This document shows, piece after piece, positions 26,425-40,732 of a stretch of DNA of 64,000 nucleotides. The DNA is taken from NCBI GenBank assembly GCA_964016885.1, contig OZ024743.1, positions 6,200,001-6,264,000 on the forward strand, read 5' to 3'. Position numbers and translations under genes: made by a program. This stretch comes from Eledone cirrhosa (lineage: Eukaryota). The notes under the pieces were generated by a model. That model searched no databases. It saw only the letters and a list, made by a program, of their open reading frames with translations, and was not told where the DNA came from. The first letter of the stretch is position 1, and every line of letters starts with the position of its first letter.

Positions 26425-26590
26425 TTATTGCTGCCACGTCCCTTTATGTTCTGAGTTCAAATCCCGCCGAGATTAGCTTTGCCTTTCATCCTTATGGGGT
26501 CGATAAAATAAAGTACCAGGGGGTAGATTTAATCGACTTTCGCTTCTTCAAAATTGTTGGTCTTGTGCCTAAATCAGAAGCCATTATTGC
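26425..26590 (+). mobile_element. Meta-like SINE fragment
   Basis: CTGAGTTCAAATCCCGCCGAG..GCCTTTCATCCTTATGGGGTCGATAAAATAAAGTACCAG. Confidence 0.8.
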
Positions 26591-27129
26591 CGCGGGTTAG
26601 GACTAGAGGAGAGAGTTTCTTCGTCTCAGAGTGGCTTTTTGAAATGAGAACGAGGCGATTTTCAATTTAATAATTTCTTACATAGGCACAAAATCTTAAT
26701 ACCATTTAATAACTATTTACCCTCACCCCAAATTTCTACAAATATTACCTCGGGAGCTTTGCACATCTCGAAATAAATGAAAGCAGCATTATAGCGACAT
26801 ATTGAAAAACAAATGAGAAATTTTTTTCTCTCACAACACATGCCCACTTTGTTGCTTCCAAGCTAAGTGGGGAAATGCATCTAAAGTATTTTATCTTTAG
26901 TTGGCCATAAGTTTCAATATATGTTACAGGATATTTATCACGTATTGTGATGAATTATTTATTTATTTATGTTATCTATTTCTTTATAGAATATCGCAAA
27001 AGAATAGCTAGTAGAAGACCCAAGGCGTTGGAACAGGAAATGTCTCGTTCAATGTGTGGCCTATATTTTGCATTGTTAAGAAAGGTGCAGGCAAAATGTT
27101 TACTTAAATTTATGAATACCAATGCGTAA

Positions 27130-27687
27130 ACATATATACATACACGCATACATACATACATACAAACATACATACATACATACATACATACATACATACA
27201 TACATACATACATACATACATGCATGCATACATACATACATACATACATACATACATACAAGCATACATACATACAAACATACATACATATATGCATACA
27301 TACATACATACATACATACATACATACATACATACATACATACATACAAACATACATACATATATGCATACATACATACATACATACATACATACATACA
27401 TACATACATACATACATACAAGCATACATACATACAAACATACATACATATATGCATACATACATACATACATACATACATACATACATACATACATACA
27501 TGCATACATACATACATGCATACAAGCATACATACATACATACATACATACATACATACATACATACATACAAGCATACATACATACATACAAGCATACA
27601 TACATACAAACATAATACATACATGCATACATACATACATACATACATACAAGCAGACATACATAATACATACATCCATACATATAC
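27130..27687. repeat. Compound (TACA)n microsatellite
   Basis: Direct reading. Confidence 0.95.
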
Positions 27688-27849
27688 AAAAGAGATAGGG
27701 ATGCAGGCAAAACACCCAGATGCAGACTGCAGAATTAATGTCGAAGATGTCATAAACAGCTGTCCAATTGATGTAATCTAAATTCCAATGAAAGAGTCTT
27801 GTGTCTGTTAGAAACTGACTCTCTCTCTCTATTTATAAAAATGTATAAA

Positions 27850-28414
<565 letters not shown>

Positions 28415-28458
28415 CTACATACATACATACATACATACATACATACATACATACATAC

Positions 28459-28917
28459 ATGGTGGCTGCCAACTCGTTTTCGAGTACGGCCACTACTTTA
28501 TATCCATGTAGGAGAACACCTACCGATGCGCTGAACGAGTGTGACTTTTTAGTCCAGCCAGCGACTTGAAAACTCTGGTACAAACACTACACTTGTGACA
28601 ATTACTGACACATAGTGCTGGGCCCATGGTACCATGTGACGACAAATGCAGAGAGATCTCCAGATATAAAGCAATGCCTGTGCCGTGAAGCTTTTATAGT
28701 GAGCAAAGGCACTGCACAAAGCCAGTCCCACTCTCTTAACCAAGATGATATTTACCAAAAAGAAGAACAATTCAACATCATTGGATACCATCAGAGTTGC
28801 AGGTGTTATATCAGAGTTTTCCTTCTCCTAGAATTCTGCCTTGAGAAAGGCTAAGGGATCATCTCTCCCGGTGATTTTGGATGGCCATTGACTCTTAAGA
28901 GCTCCTTTGCCCTTTGA
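28459..28917. mobile_element. Family X copy within (TACA)n
   Basis: Near-identical to 1362-1762 (rc) and 21731-22220. Confidence 0.78.
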
Positions 28918-31900
28918 CATACATACATACATACATACATACATACATACATACATACATACATACATACATACATACATACATACATACATACATACAT
29001 ACATAAGAAATCGATACTCATAATAAGTTGTTTATGAGATGAAGCGGCATTAAAATATTTAGGGTAGCATGAGCTAATGTTTTTATGCGGGCAGGAAAAG
29101 AGAATAATGAATGGTGTCAAGATTTTTTTTAAATGTGTATAGATGCAATTCATTAATAAATATTTATTTTCTTTTTCCTATGTGTCATGTCTTCATGGCC
29201 GAATTAAGACCTTTCGGGGCCCTTAGCACCGAAAAACAAAATTATGATTGTGGGGAGGCTTTTTATGAACTCTGTTTTCGCTACAACATTGCACCACGAT
29301 CCATTGTAAAAACTCCTAAGTGGCCCCTTTTACTTGAGGCCCTAAGCATGTGATTATTTTTCTTACTGGTTAATCCAGGGCTCACGTTTTATGCGTTAAT
29401 GTACGTTTATTGTGAAAGAAGCTAAGAATATATTATATACGCTCTCGTGAATGACCGCTGACTGGTTGGCAAATCAGAAACTATGCATGAATCTGTACTA
29501 CTGGTATGTTTCCAGTTAATAAACAAAGAACTTAATTACGTTGTATAGAATTTCCTCCATCGTCAGCCTTTATATTTTCGTGTTTCTCATCCACGAGCGC
29601 GAAAGATTGCAAATATTTCTTACAAATGACGCCATATGTATTCAAATATTAGCATCTGCTGGCTGTCTATTAGATTTTCTTGCTTAGAAAGAGAGAGAAT
29701 TGAGTGGTTTATTTCGTTTTCTTTTTCTTTGAAATCTTTCTCCTTAGTGACGGAAAGCCTCATGCTTATCAAAATCACATTTATTTTAATAATATAAAAA
29801 AGTGGGGAGGAAACCGAAATAAATTACTCCATTCTTCCCTCTTTGCAAGAAATCTCATAGCCAACCAATAGAAACCGCTAGTAAACAAAGCACTGGATAG
29901 AGAAACCTTGAGTGGTTCTTGCCATTTAACCCAAAGCACAACTCCTATAGCATTTGGCCACAGATCTGTTGTTCCAGATAATTTGTGTCCTTTTCTTTTA
30001 CGATGCGACACATCTCTTCACTGTTCTGTAATTTCACCTGTACCTTTTGGTAGTTGTTTCTCTCTATATATCATTGGTAGTGTGCATCCCAGCACAATAC
30101 GTGGGTGGATTATGAGGTTGCTGCTATTTAGGCTCAGGTCTGACCAAGTAGGCGTAATAAAACTGAAACTGGACACCATTTAGAGGATTGTTTTCACAAA
30201 TAGCTATAGTGTTCACAATCGCCCTAAAATTAAACTCATTAGAATTACAATTCACATGTAAATTTCGTTGATTACATCATGGGGTCTGGAGTTTGCAAAC
30301 ATCATGGTCCCTCAGATTCGCGATAAATTAAGAAGTGGCACCTGTGACATCTCAATTTATCCTTGCGCTTGACATTGTCTCCTCCACGGGCTTAAACGGA
30401 CGATTTTCTTTTCAGAATTCCTTTTGGTTTACGTATATTTCAATTTTTTTTTTCTTTTATTAACAAACGCCATTTTCCGTTTTGCTCTTCCTTCCCAACT
30501 TAAACAATATACATAAAAAATATTTCCCTTCCTACTTGTCTTGTGTATGTTGGTAGACACTCCCATATATTTCGGAGTCGTACAGGCCTGGTAAGGGATT
30601 TGATCTGAGAGTGTGTATTAAAACTAAAAATAACTGTGTGAAGTGTCATTTTAGCCAGTTAAAAAATAATCACAAAAACTGTTCCCATTAATTTATAATA
30701 AACGATATATATAAATTAAAGTTAACAGTTTTTGTATTTTAAATGACTAAAATAACACTCCCATGTATGTATTTGCTTAATATATCACTTCCAGTCTAAT
30801 TCACTTTGTCACACTGCCACTCTGGCCACTGATCCCCTATCAACACTTACATCTTCCATACCAAACCCTCCTTATGTACGTATCAGTATCCGTGACAATA
30901 AACATCTGTTTAACTCTTTCTAACATACACTTCATTATATCACACTGACTACTGACCTACTATCTGTCATATTTAGTGGTTTGAGTGTTGAACTCGCAAT
31001 CGTGGGGTTTCGAGTTCGAAACCAAGGTCGGGCGGTACGTTGTAACCTTGAACAAGGCACTTTATTTCACGGTGTTCCAGTACTCTCAGCAGGAAAATAT
31101 TAGTTGAGATGTCACAGGTGCCAAGCTGCACTGGCCTTTGCCTTTCCTTGGACAACATCGATAGTGTGGAGAGGGGAGACTGTCATGCGACTACAGGTTT
31201 TTAACAAAAACACCTTATCTGGGCTTGTGCATTGGGGAGGAACTTTCTAGGGGAAAACCCATAGTCAACTATGACTGAAGGGAGTCTCCTCCTCAGTGAT
31301 GTATATTGTTCAAATATACTATCAACAGACCCTTAGTATGGTTATCCTACTCTCTCCTTATCTTAAGTTAGATATTCCTAAGTACTCCCTCGAAATAATC
31401 TTATGGATTGGTAGGCGGGGGAGTAGAAGGGTAGGGTGGAATTAACTCGAATACTTGCAACAAAGTGGGCTCCGTTTAAATTCATCCAGGCGATGGTTTT
31501 AGTTTAACATGTAATTATGCCACCGCGGATTCAAATACAGAACACGAAGGCTGAACAAATACTGCTAGGTATCCTGTCCGACGCTCTAACAATTCAGCCA
31601 GTCTACCGCCATAATTCAGCACTTTATGTATTGCACACTAAAAGCAGAGAAATGGTTGTGGTAAATGAATGAATGTTTTGCCGTGAGATTTGGTTGAAGT
31701 TTGGTTGATGTTATATTGGATAAGTTGAGTTATATACAAGAATACTAGACAAGACGTAATTCCACTCCCGTTAATTTGTTTTGATGAAAAGGCTGACAAA
31801 AGTGATTTCACGTACTCTCAGGTTTTTAATAATCGTCCCCACACCATGCTTATTAATTTGTCAGATTTTTCCCATCCACCTCCACCCACACCCGCTTATT

Positions 31901-32049
31901 AAATTTTGCTAATTTATCTCCGACAAAATTTCATATTGTAAGTGATTCATATTGATACAGCAGCTGGAGAATCAAAAAATAATTTTATTTTACATTAAAA
32001 GAACATTAAATATGACAAAAGAAGAACATTACAAGAAATCCCATATTTA

Positions 32050-32380
32050 CGAGCATGCACTATACAATTACCTCACCTATCAATCCTCTCACTCCATTTA
32101 ATACTACCAAACTCTCCCCTTCTCTTCATCAACCATACAACACTCTCTTCCCATCCCCCCTCTCTATATCAATTATCACCAAAATTTCCCCTCTCAATAT
32201 TTACTACACGGAACTCTCTTCCAATCCCCCTCTCTATATCAATTAACACCAAACTCTCCCCCTCTGTATATCTACTACACGGAACTCGCTTCAAATTCCT
32301 ATATCAATAAACATTAATCTCTCCCTATATCTAATATACAACACACTCTCCCAATCTTCCTCTCTATATCAATTACCACT
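32050..32380. repeat. Degenerate pyrimidine-rich minisatellite (CCCTCTCTATATCAATTA.CACC), continuing at 38020-38100 after the LINE
   Basis: Recurrent CTCTCTATATCAATT units. Confidence 0.65.
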
Positions 32381-32386
32381 TGATAT

Positions 32387-35300
32387 AGACGTCATTTACT
32401 TTGCTCCGGATTTTTGCGGATTGTTGTAAAAAAGAACTGTGAGTTTATTGATCAATTTAATAACATTGTTTGGTTTAGCCCCTTGCCTTGGCCGTCAGAC
32501 GTTAAGTCAACAAATTTTCGCCCCTCTCTGGGGCGAAATTTTCAATTTTCATCTAAAAACTGTAGACTTGGTGGCAATGGATGCCATTTCCACCTCGCAC
32601 ACTGTCGTGAGTGCCACGCCCACTAAGAAAAGTTGTGGAGGGAAGGTAGGAGTACAAAGCTTGCAGCCCCCCCCCCCCCCCGCATCATCGAAAAACGTGG
32701 AAAATATCGAAACCGCGAAACCAAATCCGGCAAATAATACCAGCACCAACAACAAGAACAATGCAACACCAATATTACCAACAGCGACAGTAACACGAAA
32801 GACAACAACACCAAAACAACATTTGCAGAGACCGTAAAAAAAAACGAACTATACACGCCAATAGACATAACAAATGCTAAACAACTATTACAAGACGCAA
32901 AACAATTCGTGACTTTTGGCGAAAACGGTGCTTTTAGCATTAATTCTCCACAGGAATTACGTAGAGAGGCTGTCCTGAAAACTGTGGTTTTCAGGACAAT
33001 ATCGAACGTAACAAGAAAACCAGCTCAATTATCACAAAATGAAATTCAGCTGGTTCTAAAAGACGCAATGAAGGACTTAACCTTCATACAAAAAGGTAAA
33101 CTGTTTGGTAGCATTTCGGTGCTGATGAACAACCAGTCAACAGCTCAAAAGTACTCGATAGCACCCATTGTGTCCCCCCACTTCACCTTTTACCCCACAT
33201 ACAGGGGGAAAAGGACACAAAGAATAAAAATAATGAGTATCACACCAAATGTAAACATTTGGTGGATACTATGTGGAATAATAAACTTGGACGAAGACAA
33301 TATAATTTCAATAGGAAAGTGCTCCGGAGGTGTATTTGGTGGGACCACCGTAGAAGTTCTGGTGCAAATGAGCCCAGAACGAATAGCGAATATCCCACAA
33401 CGCGTGCCTCTGGACGGGCTAACTTATATAAACATTTCAGTGGAGGGAAGGCGGCCGTCATGTTACCACTGCTTAAGCAGGGGTCACCTGAGGGCTGCCT
33501 GTCCTCAATTAACGAGTCAAAAAAAAAAAGGCTCTTCTGCCAACCCCGAACACAACAACACAACCACCACCACCACCACCACCACCACCACCACCACCAC
33601 CACAACAACACGGAAAAATAACAACACAAAACACTGTTCCACCCAACCCCTCCCCACCTAAAACAAATACAAAAGCAACCACAACAAAACCCCAAAATAA
33701 ACACTTCCCCAACAACACGGAAGAGGACTCCGTATCAACGTCACCCAGTGACGACGAGGGAGAACCCTTTCAACAGGTGAAAAGGAAAAAAAAAAGGCAC
33801 CACATTAATAAAAATGCCACAAAACACACAACCACCAGCACAAACAGAACAAACATCACAAATAAAAAAAACCACCCCTCCCCAAAACATAACACGTACT
33901 ATAAAACGCAAACACCCACAAGAACAACAAACAAAAACAAACACAACACAACAAAAACTCTATACATACATTAACAAGAACAATAAAACGTTGATGAAAG
34001 CGATAGAAAATAACCCTTCGGTGGAAACCGAAGGGATCACTTTCACCTACGCAGCGAACAAACCGCACCTAATGATGATTAGGGTCCCAACGGAAACCTA
34101 TGTAACTTTGAAAAAGAACCATCCAATGCATGTGGGGACCAACTGCACCAAACCACATAACAGCGTCCTATTGAGATGTTTCCCCACCCCACACCAGACA
34201 CCCACACCCCAGCAAACACCCTAATCCCACCACACACTGATGTCCCCACCCCACCACAAACCACCACCCCACCAAACAACCCTTCCAACACCCCCATGGA
34301 AATTGTGCAGCCTGGTCCCCAGGAGACGAAGAGGTAAGTAATTTCCTTTCCTCTTCCTTTTTACCTCTTCAGCACCAACATGGCCAATATAAGAGTTGGA
34401 TGTGTGAATGCACGCGGCTTGGGGATGTCCTGAAAACAGGGCAAACTCTTAAATGACATCAGGTCGCACAGAGTGGATGTAATGGTTATTTGCGAGTCCA
34501 GGATCAGCAGCGACTGCCAACTGGCCCCCATCTTCGACGACTTTGAGATCTACGCATCTCTCTGTCAGCCGAGGGGTGGGGGTCGGTTGTCGTTCTGCTG
34601 CGAAAATACCTGGGTCTTGCCACACAGAAGGTACACCTGGACCCGGAGGGTCGTCTGGTGGTTTTAGACGTCGGCAGTGGTGAAGGTGGAGCTTTCAGGC
34701 TGGTGGCAGCGTATGCCCCATCGGGGACACCGCGACCGGACTTCTTCCGACGCCTGGAGAATTTCTTGGGAACGTCTCGCTCCTTGCTTTTAGTGGGGGA
34801 CTGGAATGGTATCCTGGATGCACGTTTGGACTATGTAGGGGCATGTCCCGATAGAGGGGGGTGTAACAGCCTCAAACGATTAATCGGCCGATTTGATCTG
34901 GCCGATAGATATCGACTGGATTTTCCGACTGTGCCACGGTGGACGTGGAGTAATCGCAGCGGAACATCCAGGTCGTACCTAGATAGGTTCCTAATAAGGA
35001 TAGGGACATATTAAGCTGTCCACGAATGTTCACGGTTGACTATTCGGATCACAAGTTGTTGACCGGAGTGGTCAACCTTGATAGAACTCATAGACAGGGA
35101 CCCGGTTACTGGAAGCTAAACTTGTCTTTACCGACAAACAAAGCTTACAGTAAGCGGATTAGCACACTAGTTAAGCAGCGTTTGACGGGGGCAATTGTCA
35201 ACAACAGGTGGTGGGGCTCTCTCAAGAGAGAAATTGGAACAGAATCGATAGGTTTTAGTCGGGAATTAGCATCAGATAGGAATAGAACTGAAAGGGAATT

Positions 35301-38019
35301 AACAAATAGAGTAGAAGAGGCGATTAGGAGTGGCAACGTGGCCGGCGTGCTGGCGTCAAGAACGGCCCTAGACCAGTCCTTTGATGCGAAGCACGAGGGC
35401 TGCGTTGTCAGGAGTAAAATACGTGCTCTGGGTAACGAGGGAGCCAAAGCTGTTAGCTGGGCCCGAGTGACAGAGGCAAAAAGTGGAAACAAGTCCACGA
35501 TTCGGTCTTTGAAGGACCAGGATGGACGCGTGATCCTTGAACCTGAGCGGATGAGCGCGGCCTTTCAACGGCGCTTTGCACGACTGTTCGGGAGGGGCGG
35601 CGGGCCGGATGGGGCCATGGATTTCGGTCCATACCTCGACGGTCTGGCGCGGCTCTCGGACGGGGAGGCGAAGTCCTGCGAGAGGCCGATTTCAGCCGCT
35701 GAAATAGGGGAAGCGCTGAGCCAATGCGGCAAACGCAAATCTCCGGGTCTCGATGGTCTACCATACGAACTTTATGTAGCGATGCCGGGCTTGTTCTCCG
35801 GTCTCCTCGAGGCGGTCTACTGCAACTGGCAACAGAACGGGAGAATTCCCAGTTCTGTGACCAAGGGCGTAGTCACGCTGGTGAGGAAGGACGAGAACAA
35901 GGGGGATGACATAGATAACTTCAGGCCCATAACTCTGCTAAACACAGAGTTAAAGATTTTGGCCAAGGTGTTAGCGAAGAGGTTGGCGCTTGTCGTCGGG
36001 AACCTGGTGGGAGAAGCGCAGACATGCGCAATCCCGTCCAGGTCCATACACGACAACCTCCACCTCATGCGATACATCGTAGAGAGGGTAGGGAACGAAC
36101 CCGGCTTTGGTGGGGCCCTGATCAACTTGGATCAATCTAAAGCGTTCGATAGGGTTGACCATCGGTACCTGGATGCGGTGCTCGCGGCGGCAGGCTTCGG
36201 ACCCGTGTTCAGGGGCTGGATTGCTGCAATGCACAGCAGCAACACCTGCTCGAGGGTCAAGGTGAACGGCTACCTCTCGGAGCCGTTCCAAATCACGCGA
36301 TCCATCGACAGGGATGTCCTCTCTCCTCCCTCCTGTATGTGCTGGCTCTCGAGCCACTACTGAGGAAGCTGGAGCTGTTGCAGGGCATCCCCTTGGAACC
36401 GGGATTGCGGAAAGCGGTGTCGGCCTACGCCGATGACGTGACAGTAATGGTGTCGTACGCCTCGGAAATCGGGCAGATCGGCACCTTACTGGAGGAATAT
36501 GAAAGGTTCACAGGAGCCAAGCTGAACCGGGACAAGTCCGTCGGTTTGCAACTCGGGACGTGGAGGGGCAAAACGATGCCCTCCGACGCTGCTCGGGGTC
36601 TGGTTCGGACCGGACCTCCAGGTGGAGAAAAACTGGGACGAGGTAACGGGCAAGGTGTTTGCACTCGCCCAGAAGTGGGCCGAGTGCAAACTATCCCTGA
36701 AAGGTCGAGCGGAGGTGGCGAACGCTTATATAGCGTCCGTCATCTACTACCGCTTGACCGTCGTGCCTTGCCCAGAGAAAACACTCGCCAAAATGGAGCG
36801 CGCGCTCTTCCGATTTCTTTGGAAGAAGCGGGCTCCTTTGGTGAGAAGATCCATCTGCTGTCAACACCCTTCGAACGGAGGGCTGGGGATGCCATGGCTG
36901 ACGATGCGTAGACACGCATTAAGGCTACGGCACCTCCAGGTATTCCTCACCGGTCAGCCGGTGTGGGCCCTGTTTGTGAGGCGAGCCTTTCCGAGACTCG
37001 TCTCACTCACCGAGCTGCAATCCTGGGTCAAGCAAAGACCGAGAAAAGTGGGCGACTGGCACATTGAATGTGCCCAGGCGCTCACGGCCCTCTGGCAAGC
37101 GGATCCGGCAATCAGTGGAGACTCAACCTCAACATTCTATAGAGGGTTGGTGCGCAGTAAGTGCGACGACGCTCTCGGACAGGCTCTGGGCATGGAGGAA
37201 GACGAGCTGGCCAGTCTGTTCGGTAGGACGTTTGGCCCGGGACCGATGGACAACTTCCAAAAGTCCCTGGCTTGGCAATGTTACCGAGGAGCTCTACCCG
37301 TTCGGGACAAGCTCTACAGACACGGGCGCCCGGGTAGGGACCCCTCGAAGAAGATCTGTCCAAGATGCGTGCGTGACGAGGAAACCGTCGCACACGCATT
37401 CGTACACTGCCCGGGTGTTGCTGACCTGTGGGGCTATGTAGAACGACTACTGTCGCGGGTGGGACCAATCCGGTTGACCACCGAGAACATTGTCACAATC
37501 AAACCGCCTCCCCCTTTCAAAAACGAAGGAGAGGCGGTTTTCCTCTGTGTGATAGCCATGGCGAAAGAAGTTGTATGGTGGACAAGGTTGAAAGGGCTGA
37601 GGTCAGACACCTATCTCTCCGGCCAACAGCTGGTTTTTTTTTTTCAAGTACCACTTTAGAAGAAGGATCAGAATGGAGAGAGAGGTGCTCTACCCCAGCA
37701 AGTTTTATGAAAGATGGGTGAAAGTAGCGAGAATGGCCCGAGTGAATGGGCCTTCTCTCTATATCAGCCTGTAGGTGAGAGAGGAGAAGAATGAGAAGAG
37801 GAAGGAAGCACCCGCTCTTTGTGCTCCTGAAGAGGAGGGTTGCACATTTTTTCGGGGGTGTGTGCGACCCATGTCAACGCCCCCCCCCCCCCTATTGAGA
37901 ACATTGATTGTTAAATTTAATTTGTTATATGTTTTTACACGTCTTTTTAAATGTATGTAAACTCCCCCCTTTGTATTTGTCCCAATCTTTGATGCCCTGG
38001 TGGCAAATAAATAGAAATA
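32387..38019 (+). mobile_element. Second full-length Tx1/L1-clade LINE, diverged subfamily, pseudogenised, with probable 15-bp TSD
   Basis: Starts AGACGT like copy 1; ORF1 and ORF2 homologous to 3328-8730; TATATCAATTACCAC at 32365-32379 and 38020-38034. Confidence 0.92.
34380..37774 (+). pseudogene. Disrupted ORF2 (EN-RT) of the second Tx1 copy
   Basis: MANIRVGCVN start, early TGA at ~34431, several frameshifts (ORFs 34658, 35026, 36339, 36622) and a short deletion near 36590. Confidence 0.9.
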
Positions 38020-38534
38020 TATATCAATTACCACCAATCTTTCCCCCTCTCTATATCTATATCTATCTCTCCCATCTGTCTCTACATAACATGAACATAA
38101 ATTGTAGAGCATATACAAATAGATGTGGTTTTTGGTAGTTTAGGGAAAATTATTAGGGCTTGGGGGCACTCCCTCCTTTCCCCCAGTTCCACCGCCCCTG
38201 CTTATTTGCATATCATTAGCCGCCATACTGATTACGTTCCTACATGTATCTAGTCTCGAAATCCTTGATCTATCTCACCGTCTTCTCAGAAATAATCATT
38301 TGATTTCGACACTAGATTCATGTAGGAATATAACCACTAACTGTTAGTCGATATATCGATCTACCATGATCAATCACCTTTCTGAAACGATCATAAAACA
38401 ATGAAATAATTAAACACCTATCTTCGATTTGTTTCATTATCATTGTTCAATACACACACACACACACACACATATATATATGTTTCTACTTTTGGCACAA
38501 GGCCAGCAATTATCCCAGTGCATTACTGGTGCTT

Positions 38535-38635
<101 letters not shown>

Positions 38636-38650
38636 CATATATATATAATA

Positions 38651-38805
38651 AAGGCTCTGATACCATCAACACTATAAACACAGAGGTGGCATATCTAAGA
38701 ACTGACTAACTGCCTGATGAGGTCATAGCCATTCAATGGCTATCATCGAAATATATATAGCAGTAAATAAAAGATTATGAGTTCATGCAATTGACTTATG
38801 TTTCG

Positions 38806-38810
<5 letters not shown>
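38651..38810 (+). mobile_element. 160-bp PLE 3'-terminal fragment in (TA)n
   Basis: Nearly identical to 47172-47330. Confidence 0.8.
38709..38764 (+). ncRNA. Type I hammerhead ribozyme motif
   Basis: ACTGC-CTGATGA-GGTCATAGCCAT(tca)ATGGCTATCATC-GAAA-TATATA-TA-GCAGT; canonical core, stem II covaries with the 9937 copy. Confidence 0.85.
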
Positions 38811-38890
<80 letters not shown>

Positions 38891-39331
38891 CCATATATAT
38901 ATAATAGCATTTCATTTTATTGTTTAAAATTCTTACAGAATGAAAATATAAACACCTATAATACAATTAATACTTCATAGTTGCACAAACAACATTACAA
39001 ATCGTTTGCAATTCCTTCAGAATGAAAATATAAACAGAGCATATAAATAAATTTACAGTAGAATAACATAACAAATATGTTTTAAATATATACATGGAAA
39101 GGATACCGTTTTTTACGAAAACAATATAAAAAAATTAGAAATATAGGTGAAATTAAAAACAGCTCAAAATAGAGTAATTTATTATAACAAGCAGTACAAA
39201 AATCTTTTCTGTCCTTGCTCAAATGAGTAGAGTTTTAATTCTTTCGGTCTAGGTAAGACCTTTGCAACAAATGCAGTTGTAACGTTGCAAAGGATATAGT
39301 ATTATGGTTTTCTGTGACTAGGTTTAATAAT

Positions 39332-39512
39332 TGTTTCTACTTTAGGCACAAGGCCAGCAATTACCCAGTGCATTACTGGTACTTTATTTTATCGACCCCG
39401 TAAGGATGAAAAGCAAAGTCAACCTCGGCGGGATTTGAACTCAGATCGTAAAGGGACGTAACTATGCTGGAAAGCATGGCATCCGACCCTCTACCGATAC
39501 TGCCAATCCACC
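39332..39512 (-). mobile_element. Near-complete Meta-like SINE with 18-bp TSD
   Basis: TSD GTGACTAGGTTTAATAAT at 39314-39331 and 39513-39530. Confidence 0.88.
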
Positions 39513-39987
39513 GTGACTAGGTTTAATAATAGTCTACAGATTTGTTCTTGGTATTCTGTTTGTGTTAAGAGAAAACTTAGAATGATATTGACGACATTCA
39601 ATGTACAACTTTATTTTACGCATGTTTGAATATATATGTACCTAAAACCTATATATTAGGCCTCGGTCGTGAATGACTATGGGTTTCTACCTAGAAATTT
39701 CCCCTCCGAGTCACAAGCCTGGGCAAAATTATTTTGTGGAAGATCAGCAGTCGCCCATGAATAATAGACTCCCCTCTCTACGCCTCTCAGCTTGGTACCA
39801 GTGACGTTCAATTCATTTTTCCAGCTGAGTAACCTGAAGCAACATGAAATAAAATGTCTTGCTCAAGGATGCGATGTCCAGTCCGGGATTCAACTCACAA
39901 CAATCTATCCATTAAGTCAGGCGACTTCACTAAAACCTGAGCATTCTGTACATTTAATAACTAAGAACCGAAAGAAAAGAAACAATT

Positions 39988-40023
39988 TGTATCGAACGGG
40001 AATCGAACCCGGACTGCTCGCGT
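39988..40023 (-). pseudogene. Degenerate 3' half of tRNA-Gly
   Basis: Reverse complement ACGCGAGCAGTCCGGGTTCGATTCCCGTTCGATACA versus ACGCGGGCGGCCCGGGTTCGATTCCCGGCCGATGCA in the intact gene (30/36). Confidence 0.7.
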
Positions 40024-40396
40024 TTACTTAAATTTGATCCATATTATACTATGACTATAGTGAAGGAATTCTTATGAAGATGTCACCGTAGCATAGATGT
40101 TTTTTTTAATATCTGTATAGAAAACGATTTATAATATGTGTATGTATTTTGATAATAGTGTGATTCGCTTTTCAAAATTCTATTGTCAGATGGAATAATT
40201 TTTGATGAAACGTATGGTTGTAAAAATAAGAAATTTTCATAAATACTTGATAATATTTTATGTAGTGAGTCGTAAATAGTAGAATTGCGTGTATAAGAAT
40301 AAGTGAGCTTTAAGAAATGTATATTAAGAAAACATGTTAAATACAAATAGAATTTAAATGGTAGATATCAACTAAATTTAGGCTAAAAGAATGTCT

Positions 40397-40467
40397 GCAT
40401 CGGTGGTTCAGTGGTAGAATGCTCGCCTGCCACGCGGGCGGCCCGGGTTCGATTCCCGGCCGATGCA
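40397..40467 (+). tRNA. tRNA-Gly-GCC: tRNA-Gly (anticodon GCC)
   Basis: GCATCGGTGGTTCAGTGGTAGAATGCTCGCCTGCCACGCGGGCGGCCCGGGTTCGATTCCCGGCCGATGCA: 71 nt, full cloverleaf, A and B boxes. Confidence 0.97.
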
Positions 40468-40474
40468 ATATGTA

Positions 40475-40480
40475 TTTTTT
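40475..40480 (+). terminator. Pol III oligo-T terminator of tRNA-Gly
   Basis: T6 run 8 nt downstream of the discriminator base. Confidence 0.75.
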
Positions 40481-40598
40481 AACTTTTAAAATTATCATCT
40501 ACAGTTAGTTGTCCGATCGTCTTTCAAAATTTCAGTGGTTATTCTACATATTATTATTTTACAAAAATTGTTTTCTGATTCGGACGATATATATATGT

Positions 40599-40732
40599 GT
40601 GACGTGCGTTTCACGATCGGTCAGCTCAAGGTACGATCAGAATCCACAATTCCGATAAGCTCTCGATTCCAGAGTCGAGCTCGATTACTACCGATCGTAC
40701 CTTTAGCTGATTGGTCGCGAATTGCGCGTCAC
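40599..40732. repeat. Imperfect GC-rich 42-bp inverted repeat (hairpin or MITE-like)
   Basis: GTGACGTGCGTTTCACGATCGGTCAGCTCAAGGTACGATCAG versus reverse complement of CCGATCGTACCTTTAGCTGATTGGTCGCGAATTGCGCGTCAC (33/42). Confidence 0.7.
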
